A stretch of DNA of 64,000 bases, from assembly GCA_037447605.1 (NCBI GenBank), contig CM074806.1:3844001-3908000 (forward strand), read 5' to 3'. Source of the DNA: Zygnema circumcarinatum SAG 698-1b. Lineage: Eukaryota > Plantae > Zygnematophyceae. The translations under genes were made by a program, and so were the position numbers. The notes beneath the pieces were generated by a model, which searched no databases, was not told the DNA's origin, and saw nothing but the letters and a program-made list of their open reading frames with translations. This document shows positions 45,501 through 59,200 of this stretch, piece after piece. Position 1 is the first letter of the stretch. Each line of letters opens with the position of its first letter.

Positions 45501-48500
45501 GGATGTCAAGCTCTTCTGGAACATGACTTTGGTATGACCGTCTTAGGAAATGAAAGAAGTAGACACAGTTCTTGCATGGCTATTTTTTTCTATTTTTTTC
45601 ACCGAGTCAATGCACTACACCGATTCAATACACTCACTGCTGAACTCCTTCTCCTGGAGTTGCAGGCATTGGCGCCGGAGGTTCGACATGTATACGGTAT
45701 CCCCAATTGTGCCCGTCTTGTGAAGGCTTAAGTTTACACGTGTCTCGTGGGATCACTGTGCATTTGCTGCTTGGAGCTGTACTGGTCGATGCCGAAAAAC
45801 TTGTCTATTGCAGTAGGAGGCCCTTGTTAAAAATGACGAAATGCGTTTGGCAATCCCTTTCCTCTCCTTTTACATGTCCATGAAACTAAGTTGTTGTGAA
45901 GTCAGTAGCTCATTCTGCCAAACCGAGTCGACATGATTGTGAAGATCGATGCAATCATTGATTCTGTGTAGCATGGCCTTGCTTGGTGAATATCAGGAAA
46001 AGCAATGAACTTGTATCTTCGCGCGGTGAATGATGACGAAGACCAGGATACGGTCTCACAGGCCTGCACCAGCTTGGCCTTTTTGGTGAAGAAATACGGC
46101 AGCGTTCCTTTGGAACCTTGTAAGTGATGGGTATCTAGTTCTCAATTTGTTGGTCTAAACAAATGCGTAACTGTACGCGACAAGCTTTGCTAATCCTGCA
46201 CAGCCTGCATTTCCATGGAGAAGGCTGTGTTTTGTGTTCCTGGATGAGCAGAAGAAATGCTATGCTGATTTTTTGTACTTTTTGGGTTCTAATGGCTGCA
46301 GATCTGCAGAAACTCTGCGAAACTACGTTGGCTTTGCTGAAAGCAGAAACTCTCTGCCAGCAGAGTGCTGATAGTGAAGAGGAGGGACAGGGTTATGGAG
46401 GGGAAGATGAGGATGACGACGGTGATGAAGTGCATGAAAACATTCTTATGGATGCTGGGACAGATCTCCTACCTGCCATTGCTGAAGTCATGGGAGGGGC
46501 GTTTGATTCGTATTTCCGGACGTTTTTCCCAGAACTGAAGAAGATTGCGGTGCGCTTGCTGCCACGTGAGCACATTCAGAGCATGGCAGCTGGAAGGATC
46601 TAAATCTTTCCAACACGGCATTGGACATACTAAGCATCTAGGGAATATCTGGAGGAAGCGCCCTCTAGGCTTGTGGCTGGTAGTAAGAACAAATTTAGCT
46701 GAGAAATAGTCCACGAGTTAGCCTTCGTTGCTGAATTTGACCTTTACCGCATGTCCGTACATCTTGCTTCCCCTACCAGTGTTGATAGTTATGTTTTTTC
46801 TGGGCTTAATAAAGAGGTCTTGATCTTATTTCCTTTGCTCGTATATTTTAGAAACGTGAAGTAGTACGTATCTAGATTGTAAACCAGGTACGAGTGCAGC
46901 CGCATGAGGATCACTCCGTACCTTCGCACCCTGACCGCACCTCTAATTGTCAATGGGATGCAGGAAACGTCTCGTCATGCGGGAGATCGGAGCATGGCGA
47001 TTGGGTGTATTGCAGAAGTCGCGAAATATTTGGGGCCGCCGGTCTCAGCATATGTTGATGTCAGCCAACTTACCCACGCCTTAAACCGCAGTTGTTATGG
47101 CTGTGATGATGGTGGATCAATGATATGATGATGAATGATGATCGATGGATGACTTAGACAATATTCCTGTCGCGAAAGAAGAAGACTGATTCTTTTGTTT
47201 CTGGTTGGGCCAGGCACTTATGGCAGTGGTCATTCAAGAGATTGGAAGTACGCATGCGCCATGTCGCCGCAATGCTGCTTTCTGTGCTGGAATTCTATGC
47301 TGGCACGGAGGAGATACTGCAGTACCGTATCTGCCCAGTTGACTCCGTAGTGATAGAGGATTACCACCATTGCGTGCTGCACTACCATGAATGGTCAATT
47401 GGACGTTCTGACTCCCATTCTCCCTCACATCATGACAGTCGTGTTCACTTTTGTGATTGGCATGTTGTGTTAACAGCTGCTCTAACGTTGGTTTGGAGCA
47501 AGGAGCCATTTTGTCGCTTTACGTTTCCGCTTAACTCCTTAACGAGCAAATTTCAGATATTATGGACGACTGCTCATGGCCCTGCATCCTTTGTTTGGAC
47601 AAGGCGAAGATGCGGGTGTGCGAGACAACGGTACTGGGGCGGTAGCCCGGATGATTGCTGCACACCCTGAAGCAGTCCCACTGGCAAAGGTGCTTACATC
47701 CTACGTAGCTTGTTTGCTTCGTCAGTAGGGGCTGCTTAATTACCCATCTGAACCTGATTCAACAAGCTCTGTAGGGTTGGCTTTTGGAGACTCGGCAAAC
47801 TTGATTGTCATGTCTGTCAATAAGCTGTCTGAAATCATTCAGCTCGTAAAAGATGCATAGTGAGAGCCGTCTAATGGGCGCTCTAGCAAGTAGATACGAC
47901 TGTGAGCTGGTCTATTTTTCACCGATTTGAAACTTGAGCACTTTACAAGGATTTGATTTGTCTGGTTGTTGCAGGTCCTGCCAATATTCATTGCCTCTTT
48001 GCCGCTCAAGGAGGACTTGGACGAAGCTTCACCCGTATATGGCTGCCTCTGCTCCCTCATCAATGGGGACCATCCTGAGGTTTGGCTCCTTTACCTGCAA
48101 CTGCACATGGTGTTACCACTTGTGAATACTTGGCAAGATTCAGACTGTACCATACCCTGAATGGAGAAGATCTAGATGTGAGTAGCTCTGTCAGAGTCAG
48201 CGATGGTGCCAACTCTGTATCTGTGGTATAATGAAGGACCTCAATAGCAAACCCTTTCCTCCTCCAAGGTACTGTCAATTGGAAGAATGAAGGATGAAGA
48301 ATGCACTGATGATGCACTGATGGATGGAGGATGCACTGGAGAAAAAAAAGAGATTTAGATCTATGTTCAATGTGTTTGTGGCATACACATCATATTCCCC
48401 ATATACATATTACATTACATTACATTATTATATATACATATTCATATTCATTTTCATATGCACCCCAGAGCTTGCATGTCCGCATGCACCCCAGGGCACT

Positions 48501-48989
48501 CATTCTCCTATTCAACCTAAAGCTTCCTTCTCAGCATACACTCCATAACCTCCCTACTCCATGTAGCCCCATGGCTCCCAGCCCCATGCACCCTTAAGCT
48601 CCTTTCTCCATAATCGCTAAAGCTTTCATTCCACCGTGCACTCTTAGCTTCCTTTGCAACACACTCTCTATCAAGCGGCTGTCTTAATCAAACATGGCTT
48701 CCAAAACTTGCATGAAAGTTATGGATTCCAGGCACTAAGAAGAAGAAGAAGAAGTTTTTGTGATGAACTATTTTGGTGGTGTTGCTGGCTACAGATCCGT
48801 CCACACATTCCCGGGCTAGTGCCTCTATTAGCACATGTGGCAGCACTTCCTGAGACTCCATCAGAGCCAAGAGACGTCATTGTGCGAACAATTGCGGAGC
48901 TGCGAGCAAAGCATCCGGCGGAGATGGAAGCCATAATTGGAGGCCTCCCGCCGTCTGATGCGGCCGCATTGGGCCCAGCCTTGCATTAG
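39587..48989 (+). CDS. IPO4: Importin-4 / Kap123-type karyopherin beta, many exons
   Basis: Peptides FLMPDNATRRQAEEAIK, RQLAAVIMRKKITGHW, VRGAACFAVGQLAEY, EKAYYALAAFCENL, SELREYSHGFF, SIRTGVLDEKSAATQALGLYA, YFHEDVRLQA and VRDNGTGAVARMI, colinear with plant IMB4 as I recall it. Confidence 0.95.
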
Positions 48990-50556
48990 AAATCCCAGGT
49001 ACGAATGTCTCTTAGAGAGAGCCTTCAGGTTCACTGTTCCCTGTTTCAATGTCTTAGTAATTACAATGGGAGTACGTTGTCAGCCATGGAACCTATAGTG
49101 GAACCCGAAAATTTTGAAGTGCTTCGCCGAATTTTCCCTCTATTGGGGTTCCGAAAATGATGATCCCCATTTGCAAGTTTGTCTTGTTTTGTATGACTAT
49201 TCGTTAAGTATGAGGTCATTGATGCTGACTGGCATAATAAGGAGCACGAGGGAGTTGGCGTTCAAGCGTCCTTGTCTTATTTTGGCAGTGAGGCATCTGT
49301 ATTCGCTGATCTTTCAGCCTCAGTATCGAATTGCTCTTTTCTAGGAGTAACCCGTTCCCTGAAGGAGGTATTTGGTCATCTTTTCCTCTCGCCTCTTGAA
49401 TGTGAGTTTTTCCATGCGTTTTGGATTCGTCCATTGCAGCAGGCTCCATGTGTCCATTCAAAAAGGGATGCTTTGAGCATGAACTCTTGTATGAGTGAAT
49501 AGTGCCTTAGCCCATGTCTACGCTTCATGGTCGGTCACAATTGAGCACAAAAGCCGGAAAAAGCTCTTGGGACCTAAGTCAAGGCCTTTTTCGAATGCCA
49601 AGTATAGTCAAGCGTCGACCAACAGCGATTTACCACGTATGCGATCTTCAGGCTGAAACCAAGATCTTATGCGTGTTGCATCATATTCATACAACAAAGG
49701 AGAGCCCACTCATTACATTTGAAATTTTAATTCCATTGGCCTCCAGACAGAATATCTCGTATTGAAACGTGTTAATTTTTTTAAGAGCCCAAACTTTTCC
49801 TAACAACTGTTTCTTCTAGTTCTATTTACTAACAGAAATGAAAATCCGAAACAAAATCAGCTCTCCAAGTAGAATTGTTCATTCTACTTTCCTTCAGAGA
49901 TTACATTAACTAAACGCAAAATGTTTCTGAAAAGTCCGGACACGTTCATCACTGGCAAAAGCTTTCTCAAACATGGGCGGATAGAAAAAAATGGTCTAAA
50001 TGACAATGAAAAAAATTCAGTCAAGAGAAGAGAAATGTTACGTCAACCGTGAACTCTCGCCATTTCAGAGGATGAAGGGGATTACACCTTACACAACTGC
50101 TTTCCCTTATCCTCACATAAGACAAAAACCTAAATTGGGACAGCCCACTAGCAGCCTGTTTGTCCTGATGCCGTCTACTTGCCTTTGCGCAGAACCGCCT
50201 TCCAGTGAAATCAATTTGCCAGACCAAATTTTCAGCTTTCCCATACCTAAACTCCTTCCTGGTTTTACGAGCACCTCAACTAGAGTATCGCTGTGGCTTT
50301 GGTGTATGCTTTCTTTGATGAAAAAGCCTTCAGCTTGACAAACCTAATTGTGAATTTGGGGGGACAAAATTGAGTTGCAAAATCGTGTAAAGCCGATAAA
50401 ATTTGGCCAAGGATTTTGAGGCCAACAAAAAAGGAGTCCCAGCCTTTACAGTGCTTTGCCCAGCGCGAGACACTATGTGTAGGTTACATTATTGGAGTGC
50501 CACTTTCTCGCTGACAAGGGCGGTGCAGTACCTCGTGCGAGGCTCGATTGCAGATT

Positions 50557-53443
50557 TCATAAGTCAACTTCCGAGTCCTCCGCTTCATCGTCTGAAGCTC
50601 CAGGATCGGCAGATTTCGATTTCATAATTTTTTCAAGGCTGTCGATATCTGCTAGCCCTGTGAGGGACTCAATTTTGATGTTCTCTGCATCCTCACTGCA
50701 CAGCCCCACAAAATCCCAAACATCAGGCTCCTACCATCACCAGCAGCCCCCCTGCGTCTCAGAACAGATGACAAGCATTGCCGATAGGAAGAAAAGGGGC
50801 CCTTACTCTGTGATGCCAAAAATGACTTTAAGCCTTAGCTCGTCATGGACGCTGCTCGAGCAGAAGTCTTCGAGCTGCACATGTGGAAAGGAATAACTAC
50901 TTAGCATAATTCCTTCCATCCAGCATTACCAAAAGGGCGCATAACAGCATGCCATACGTTGAATCAGGGTTAAATTTACAGCCAAGACAAGGAACGGTAG
51001 ATGCACACCTGAGAGAGGTAGAGCAGCTTGGTAAAGATTGCTTGCACCGAAGCTTTCCTTTTGATGCCCTTCTCAGTCATTCCCGACGTGTCCATCACAA
51101 TAGGCCCTGCACACAAGGATAGAACTGTCAACTGCCATGAATAAAAAACAAGCAATCTTGATGGCCTGCCACATAGTGTCCGTGCAAATCAGCGATTTAC
51201 TTGTAGTGTTCAAATGCCAAGAACAATGGCCTTCACGTAAACTCGTTCACTTAACACCACCAGCTTAACAAAGTGCTCCATACTGCTTCTCCAGATTCTG
51301 CCCAGACGAGCTCGCTCACCCTTTGCCTTCACAACCCGTTGTGAGACGTCATTCAGTATTTCTGCCACATCCTTGTCTTCCAGACCCGAGAGTTTTCTCA
51401 AGTGCACTAGGTCCGCCACCAGCTCTGGGTCGAAGGGCCGCTCATTCAGTGCGTATCTTATATACTTGCGCAAAACTTCATCTCTCGTAAAGCCACACTG
51501 CATCCAGTTCCTACTTTACTGTAAGCTCTATTGTTCTCGTCCAGAAGTGCTCCCAGCCAATAGAACAACAACAATCTGCAAGCTCTCGCTAAGCCGGTTT
51601 ACTTGGCTTAATGCCAGCATATGCTCATCAAGGCATGCTGCTTGGCAGTCGGCATTGAGTTTTTCTTTCCTCACTCCCCTCACATACTGCAAAGTAGCAC
51701 TCACACTCCTTTCCAGCTTGCTTAGCTCGTCGACAGTGAAGGCTGCTCTCCTGTCCGGAAAAAACTCGTCGAGCGACTCACAAAGCAAAGCGTTTTTTCC
51801 TATCTGTACATGATAACCACAAATCACAACTCAATCATAATTAATTGGCTGGATAGTATAAAACAATGAACGGTGATTTCAAACGAACCATAGTATATAC
51901 GGATGATCATGTCAAGAATGCTTATCTAGCAGCACTGGTGCTCTCTTCTTAAGTGTGCTCTGCCAGAATGATTCTGCAAGAAGCTACCTTCATAATTGCA
52001 CGAGACTTATTTTTGTTCGTTTTTCACTCCTCGTCTCCTTAGGTACAAAACTAAGCTTCTGATCTCTTGCGTCAGAAACTTCACTTGAACGATTCATTGG
52101 CATGGAATGACTGCTGAAAATCCTTCCTCCTCCCTCGAAAACAAAAAATCGGAAAAAAAATCCAAAATGCCACTCTCTACGTCGTTTTTGTTTTATTCCC
52201 CTCCTAAAACACCAGCCCCTTTCACCTTGCCACAGAAAAAATGGCCTAAATGAAAGGGCAAATGCCCATTGATGTATCATTGACCTTAAGAACTAAAAAA
52301 AGAAAAAGACTTGAGACTAGCGCCTCTTTAGTGTGTACTTGAAATGTACACCTTAAAGCCGAAGATAAGGTACTGAACATGGTTAAAAAGGAGAACTGCA
52401 AATGCAGCAAGTAGTCTTTGGACGCCGAAAAACCTTAGCTCACGAGTGAGTCGTGAAACCATAAAAAGGAAAATAATCCAGGCAACTGTGTGATCAAGTT
52501 GAAACCAAACAAGCGCGACGGAAGGAGAGACGTGAGTGGCATGCATGGGATTCCATAGGGTAAAGGTGCTAAAGGAAGCGAGGAATCGTTTGAAAGTGGT
52601 GACTTGACTTAACTTAACTTGACTTGGAACTACGACAACGAAGCCACGAACAAGCCTTGAAGCATTTTCTCCTTCCCCCCCTCTCCCCCCCCTTCATTTA
52701 CTTCTCTCTCATCTCTCATCTCCCGTCCCCCCTCTCCCTCTCCCTCCCGCCCCACTTCTTCACCTTCGTCTCCCCCACTCCCCCTTCTCCCTTTCTCCAG
52801 CCACTCCCTCATTTGCATATCCATCCGGCTGCACCCACCCGCCCACCTGCCGTCGCCGCTTTGCTTTTGGAGTGTTGTATTTTTGCACGAGCCGAACCAG
52901 AGACCACACGAAGGTGACGGCCAGATAGCCAACTGGCACTGCCACAAGCCATGGAATCTCCGACGACCCAACCCGAGGTCCAGGCACCGCCTCCATGGCA
53001 CCTGCAGCGTAGTCATAGACATCTCCCAGTTTCTCCTCCAGCCATGACTCTTCCTCCTCATACTCCTCCTCGTCCTTCAAGCTCTCCGGCTCCTCTACGT
53101 TTCCACTCGGTACAGCCGCACTTGCCGACGTGCGAAACTTGCTGCTATCCTTCACTCCCTCTCCCGAGGAGGACGACTCCCCTTCAGCCTTCCCCGCCTC
53201 TCCTCCCCGAGAGAAGCGGCTCTCTTTAGCGCTTCGCACTACCAAGTGATGAGAGTGGCTCCGCTTTGCTGAAAGAAGGGCAAGGCGTTGTGAGCGAGGG
53301 AGGAGAGGCAAGCAGCGGAAAGCTTTAAGAGGAGTGAAGCAGGCCGTGCAGCTGCCGTGGAGGCTCCTGCCACTTTCTACATTGCTCAAGAAGGGAACTG
53401 CAGCTGCTGCAGTGCAGGAGCGCAGCTGCAGGAGGGAAGCCAT
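50557..53443 (-). CDS. Conserved plastid-targeted helical protein of unknown function, with one TM segment
   Basis: Transit-like N-terminus from GCCATGG at 53443. Peptides PGPRVGSSEIPWLVAVPVGYLAVTFVWSLVRLVQKYNTPKAKRRRQ, GFTRDEVLRKYIRYALNERPFDPELVADLVHLRKLSGL, PIVMDTSGMTEKGIKRKASVQAIFTKLLYLS. Acidic C-terminus ends at 50557. Confidence 0.85.
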
Positions 53444-53982
53444 GGCCGCCGCCAGCACAACCCTAACCAGGGTCGCCCTCTCCCCCACCCTCTCCTCCCA
53501 AAAGGGGAGGCACCCCCTAGCATAGAAAGATAGTTCAGTTCAGAACCCGTCACGCATAACAGCGCGCAATTTCTCCCATAGATCGCTGACTTTTTGAATT
53601 GACCGTACGGACTGTACAGCTTGAGACACTCAGAAAACTGTTGAGAGCGAAAGCCACTCACGCCTTGCCATGTCAGCATAGTATTCCACGTGGCACTTTC
53701 CAACTGGCTGAAATCTTAACAAAGTAGCCTCACTAGGTCGGTGCCGCTCCTTCCGCCATCTGCGGAGGATCCCCCGCCTCTGAGCCGTCGATCTCCCGTC
53801 CCAGCGAATCGCAGCCGTCCGATGACCGAAGATCTGGCGCCAGTCGCGGCGGCGTCCGTTTCGTTCCTTTAAAGTGGATGATGGGAGGGAGAGGGGGAAA
53901 GGTTCGCCCTATTTTTTGGTCGCCTTGAGCTTGGGTTGCTCTTGAAGGGTCATTTCAAGGGGGTGATTTGCGCATTGCAGAC

Positions 53983-55239
53983 ATGGCTGCGCGCTTCTCG
54001 CGCTCGGAGGCTCCGGTCATGGCTGCCCTTGTGATGCTGGGGCTGGTGCTGTTGGCAGCGGGGTGCCTTCCGACAGGTGGGAGATGGATGGATTTGGTGG
54101 AGGTTTGGATGACTGATTTTGGTGCTTTGGGGAGAGATAGAGAGAATAGGACGTTAGGATTCTAAGTGGATGAAGGCTTCGTGGTTGGAGAAAGGAAGAG
54201 GGAGACGCGTGGAGGAGGGGAGGCAGGAAAACAGGGGTTGTGCAGGATGGTTGATTGATGGGAGGAAGGAAAACTCGTTTTGGAAAGTGTCATTGTATTT
54301 CTGCAGTCGTTTTCAGGGTTGAATGTCGCGTAGGAGTGTGTTTTTTTTAATATGCTACTCTATTTGGGTTGTGGAGGTTCCAAATGAGGCATGTGTGGTT
54401 TCTGAAGCTCTCGTGCTCATCCTTGTACGTGGATTATGTTTCCAACTCTTCCATGGCCGTGACTTCTGTTTTTCGGCACTTGCAAGTGCTTTCTTTTGAT
54501 TCTTGCCCACAAACTTAGGTCGCGATAGTTGCCAGGAAAACTGTGCGGTGCAGATGCGATATGACTGCATGGAGGGTTGATCCATACAATGAAGAATGGC
54601 TGATTGAAGATTCTTTGGGCATGTGCGTTCAGGATTGGCAAGGTTTTGGCCCCTTCACGGGCTTAATTTCCAGGCGGAAGGAGGCAGTGATCTGGCGGCT
54701 ACAGAGAGTCAGCACCCCCTGAACTCGAAGCTTATGAGAGGTCATATGGATGTGTTGTATGCCCATCAGCGTGGGGCAGACAAGAAAGATGCTCACAGCG
54801 AAGAGGATGATGGTAAGCTGAAGCCTGATGGCCAATGGCAATGGCATGTTGCCCCATTTATCCTTAGTGTTGAAAAGAAGTGAATTTTCTGTCTCCAGTT
54901 GCAGGGCAGGGTCCTTTTTCTCGTGGTGGTTAGCTTCCCGACTGTGCTTTTGAGCACGGTCCATTGACACCGTGCAACCTCTCGGATTGGAGGGCTGAAT
55001 AATAAACAGTAATGTGACGCCCTGAGGTTTTTGTCCAGGAAATGCCTTTTCTCTGCTTGTCAATCAAAGACGAGTACGAGATTGCCTAGAAGGTAGAAGT
55101 GAAGGGAAATTTGTGGTCTCCATGTGACTGGCTGGGGTTTTTTTTTTTTGTTGCAGATGAGACGACTATGGCAGATGGCAAGTCTGCTCTTCTCGTTGAC
55201 CGTGCTTTCGTCTCTGCAAGGATTGCGCCCAGAGAATGA
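53983..55239 (+). CDS. Putative small secreted protein or prepropeptide (about 100-118 aa), no recognised family
   Basis: Exon 1 at 53983-54076 encodes a signal-peptide-like MAARFSRSEAPVMAALVMLGLVLLAAGCLPT with a GT donor. A phase-compatible 180-nt exon 54633-54812 has a GTAAGC donor. Terminal exon is either 54905-54933 or 55157-55239. No homology recognised. Confidence 0.55.
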
Positions 55240-56249
55240 GTCCATAGTTCGTGGTCATGTTTACTAACGCAGCTCATCGGTGGTTGTGGGCATCATTATT
55301 ATGTATACTACTAAGAATTTTCTACCAACCCATTATGTCAAGCCCCTCTACCAGCAGGGATTGAATAAAAGGTTCTTGTAGCTGTGACTGACCTCGTTAA
55401 ATAGCACAATACAATACAGTGGTCTCAAATAGCAGAGGGACTCATCCACTGATGAGAAGTACCAGAGCTGCTGATCACCGGCTATTCGAAGTACTATATT
55501 CAAATGGGCAGAGCACAGGATCCTTTGCTAGGAATCCGTCTTTTGAACAGAGTCTGAAAGCCTCAAGGCATGCTGTCCATGCGGCAGGCCCTTTGTAACA
55601 ATAGAAATTTGCTGCCCGGCTGAACCTCTCAGTTGCAGGCGCAGTGTCTTATTAGTGCTTCACTCAACTGCAAGAAGGCGACCATTCAAAGTTCAACAAT
55701 GGCGTCACGTGGTTGTTTTCTGCTAGAGTGCATGTGAGCTTCACGATTTTCTGATAAATGGTTTTTATGATGCTGCTGTTGGTGAATGTGAATACCACCA
55801 CCATCCGTGATTTATTTTGTGACTTATCTAACTTGCATCCTGCCGCACTCATGGTATCGCAATGTGTGGGAGCTGAATTTAGGGAGCGACGAGAGGTGAA
55901 TAAGAATGTGAATTGTGTTTCTAAGAGGTGCGCAGTAAGAGAGGTTTTCAGGGTTTTAAAGAGGAAAACACGAAAATATGTTACGTTGGAACTTAGACCA
56001 ATCATTGCTACAGTGTTTGCTGACCACAAATTTATTAGCTTGTCCTAAGCAATAACCGGGCAATCCCCATAAGGACCATTTTTGCAATATAGGGCTAAGC
56101 AATGCAATCTATGATACGTGCCTTTGTTTGTTGGCTTTAACATTTGCCATGATCGGCCTTCAAGGTTAAAACCATGGCCTAAAAATTAACGGCCACCTGG
56201 AAATGGCAACAGCGGGAGCTTCTGTTGTGCTCAAACCATCTGCCAGACC

Positions 56250-59200
56250 TCATGATGTGTGAAAGAGGGGGTCTCTGTTCACATCCTTATACAGGAAGTA
56301 TCGCGAGCGGTCTTTGCCCAGGGCGGCATACCTGCATCCCCCTCATGCACAACGGAAAATTTCAGTCTCAAATGACTACTAATCTGAATGGCCAAGGACT
56401 TGCTTCTGTCTCGGGAAAGAACATGGGAACAGAGGAAGTGAACTTACCACTGTGGCACAAACGGTGCCATCCAGATCGCATCTCCGGCCTGCACCGGGTA
56501 CCTGAAATTGTTCCCAGAGCGTCTCTCACCAGTTAACACACATGACAACGACGATTGAAGTTAGCATGGTATCAGTGACGGAAAAATGTACAGACTGTTA
56601 CCATTTATCTGCGAGGCGATAGATCCCTCGGCCCTCCAAGAGGATGAGTCCATGCTGGTTGTAATGCACCTCCTGCACATAGAAAGATGTGCAAAAATGT
56701 TGAGTCAGTTAGGTGATAACTGACAACCTGTTTCAACATAGCAGCACGTTGTCCTGTAGGTGAAGAGAGGAATGCAGCTAACACACATACCTTGACATTT
56801 AGATATTCCCCAGGTTGGAAGTCCATAATCTGCATGAAACACCATCAACATGACAGACTAGAGATCACGTTCACAAACTCGGAAAGAGAATAAAACGACC
56901 TGAGAGGCAAGATGATGGACGGATCCTTCATATGATTAGCGGAAAGCGAGGCTGCCATGTTTCATCAATTTCTGACGCATTTTGCATGGGAGAGAATAGC
57001 CCATACATGGATATTGAAGTCATACGCTGGCCCTGTTGGCAACAGCTTTCGTAACGCAAAGACCTGTTGATCGAAGAAAAAACAAATCATTCATAAAAAC
57101 TAGAGCTCAGTCCATACAAGAGAGCCAATTGATGCGCGTGATCGCCCCCATACATTTAGGAGGCTTTTGTTTTTTCAAGAAGATTCATCAATCCGTTGGA
57201 CGACTACACGCACCTCTCCTGGCACATCAATCAGAGGCCGTTCACTCGTCATTCCCAGGGCCACTTCCGGAACTGCACCATCGGAAGCTCCTTTTGCGTA
57301 TCTGTAACAGGGTCAAAAGATTATGCAAGGTCAAGTGACAGCATCCTACCCTGTGAACGGAACAAACACAAACCACATCCATGAATGAGGAATAATTCAA
57401 GTGGAGAGGGACCCAGGGGGGGGCATATCTGATGCCTTACATGCGCTCTACAACAATTAAGCTTGCTCCATACGTTGATGTCAACTGATGCTCCACACCT
57501 GGTGGTACGTATGCATAACCATCCACCTGCGCAAGATGTTTTCGGTCTTTGCTCGTTCAGTTTGGTAGAAAGAAAGGTAACGACAATATGCAGGGTTAAT
57601 ATAACACGACTCAGAACAACGACATGCAGTACTTGCAACTCCATACATCATGAGCAAAACCGTGAAGTACCTTCAGCTGCTGTTCGATCAAAGAGCCAAC
57701 GCTGAAGTGAACCTCCCCTTTCACAACAAACGCCAGTCTGCATAGCAGAGAACATGCTCTAGGGCACTTTGTCATGGACATTTTTCAGTTCAGGCAATGG
57801 AAGAAGTTTTGCATTTCAGTTCTGCAGTAAAATGGGCGTCGGCAAGAAACCATTGCAAAAAATGAATCTGCAGAATCCCTCATTCTCACCTCTCCACTCC
57901 AGGACTCGGAGATGCTGAAGATGAATTGCCTGCACAGACAATCTACTCGTATGTGAAACACTTTTCTTCTGTAAACTGCAAGGAGTGTCTCAATTTGATG
58001 CAGACGAAGCTTAAAGAGAACAAAACAACGTTTGAAAGAATTAGGCATTCAATTGACCCACCCGCCATGCTGGCAATGTACATCACAAAGTGGGCTCCCA
58101 TAGCAGGTGTTATGATGTACGCTCCCAGAGTGTTGCTCCTGTGTAGCAGCAGAAAGCAGCAAAATGAGTTTGACTTCAAAAAGCTTAGAAAATCAACATA
58201 TCATTCTTCAAAGAGTGTCACCACAAAACCGAGTCAAAGCCTCTCACCATCCTGACAGAGGCCCATAGACGTGGCTCTCTGCAGTAACCAGCGCATGGTC
58301 CCGCTCGTACACACTGCGGGTGAAGCCCGGGAGGTCTGTGATTGGCAGAATCAGTAAACTTTTGTGATTGACCCTTATTAACCAGTCTTTACTGGCCACG
58401 CATGATTATCGACCTGCGTATTCAGCAACTCAACAACATATAGGCACGCATTCCCAAACTAACCTATTTTCTCTTCGCGTCATCTCACCAATTGATCCCG
58501 CTAGTTGCGGCATTCAGATGCAAGCAAACTAACAATGAACCGAGCAGATACACATCAGACTCAAAACCCTTGTTGCACAGTGAATCTGAGATTCACGGAA
58601 CGATTGCGATTAAGCTCACCACTTAAGTGAATGGGTTTCAAAGTTGGTTCGGTGACTTTCTCGTACTGAAAAGGTGTAGCTCTCCCGAAGACGTCCTCCT
58701 GCGCCGCTCCTGCAGCGATACAAGAAACAAGATAAGCATGCTTTCAATGGCGTAGATGCACAAAGCTACATTTTACTACCATACACTACTTCAAAGTCTT
58801 TCCGCATCATTGGTAGCGACAAGTATCAGTAGCAGGCTTCCAATAACGGCAATGCTGTGGACAATAAGAATCGTCTACTTCACCGTTCAATACTGACGTT
58901 ATGCATTATAGCAATGACTGAAATAAAGATAGTTTATCTATGTGGCGACGTATTTGTCTACATAGTAAAGTTTCCCTTGTCAGCCGCCAGTGATATAATC
59001 TGGTCTGCTCGACGTCTACAAAACCAGCTAATACCACCTTAAAAATCCTCTAAGAAAGTGAACATTGCTCTCAGTAATTTGAAGGGTACAGCTGTCATTC
59101 GATACTAAAGTAATTTATATACACAACAGCTTCATATTTTGTGCAAAGCCGTCCAACGACCTTCAGCCGCTATGTGCCATCCGTTTCTACAGAGACAGGT

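Noticed and set aside
47120-47192. Intronic C/D-box snoRNA (ATGATGA...CTGA)
   Set aside because: The region is a TGA-rich low-complexity run with no convincing terminal stem or rRNA-complementary guide.
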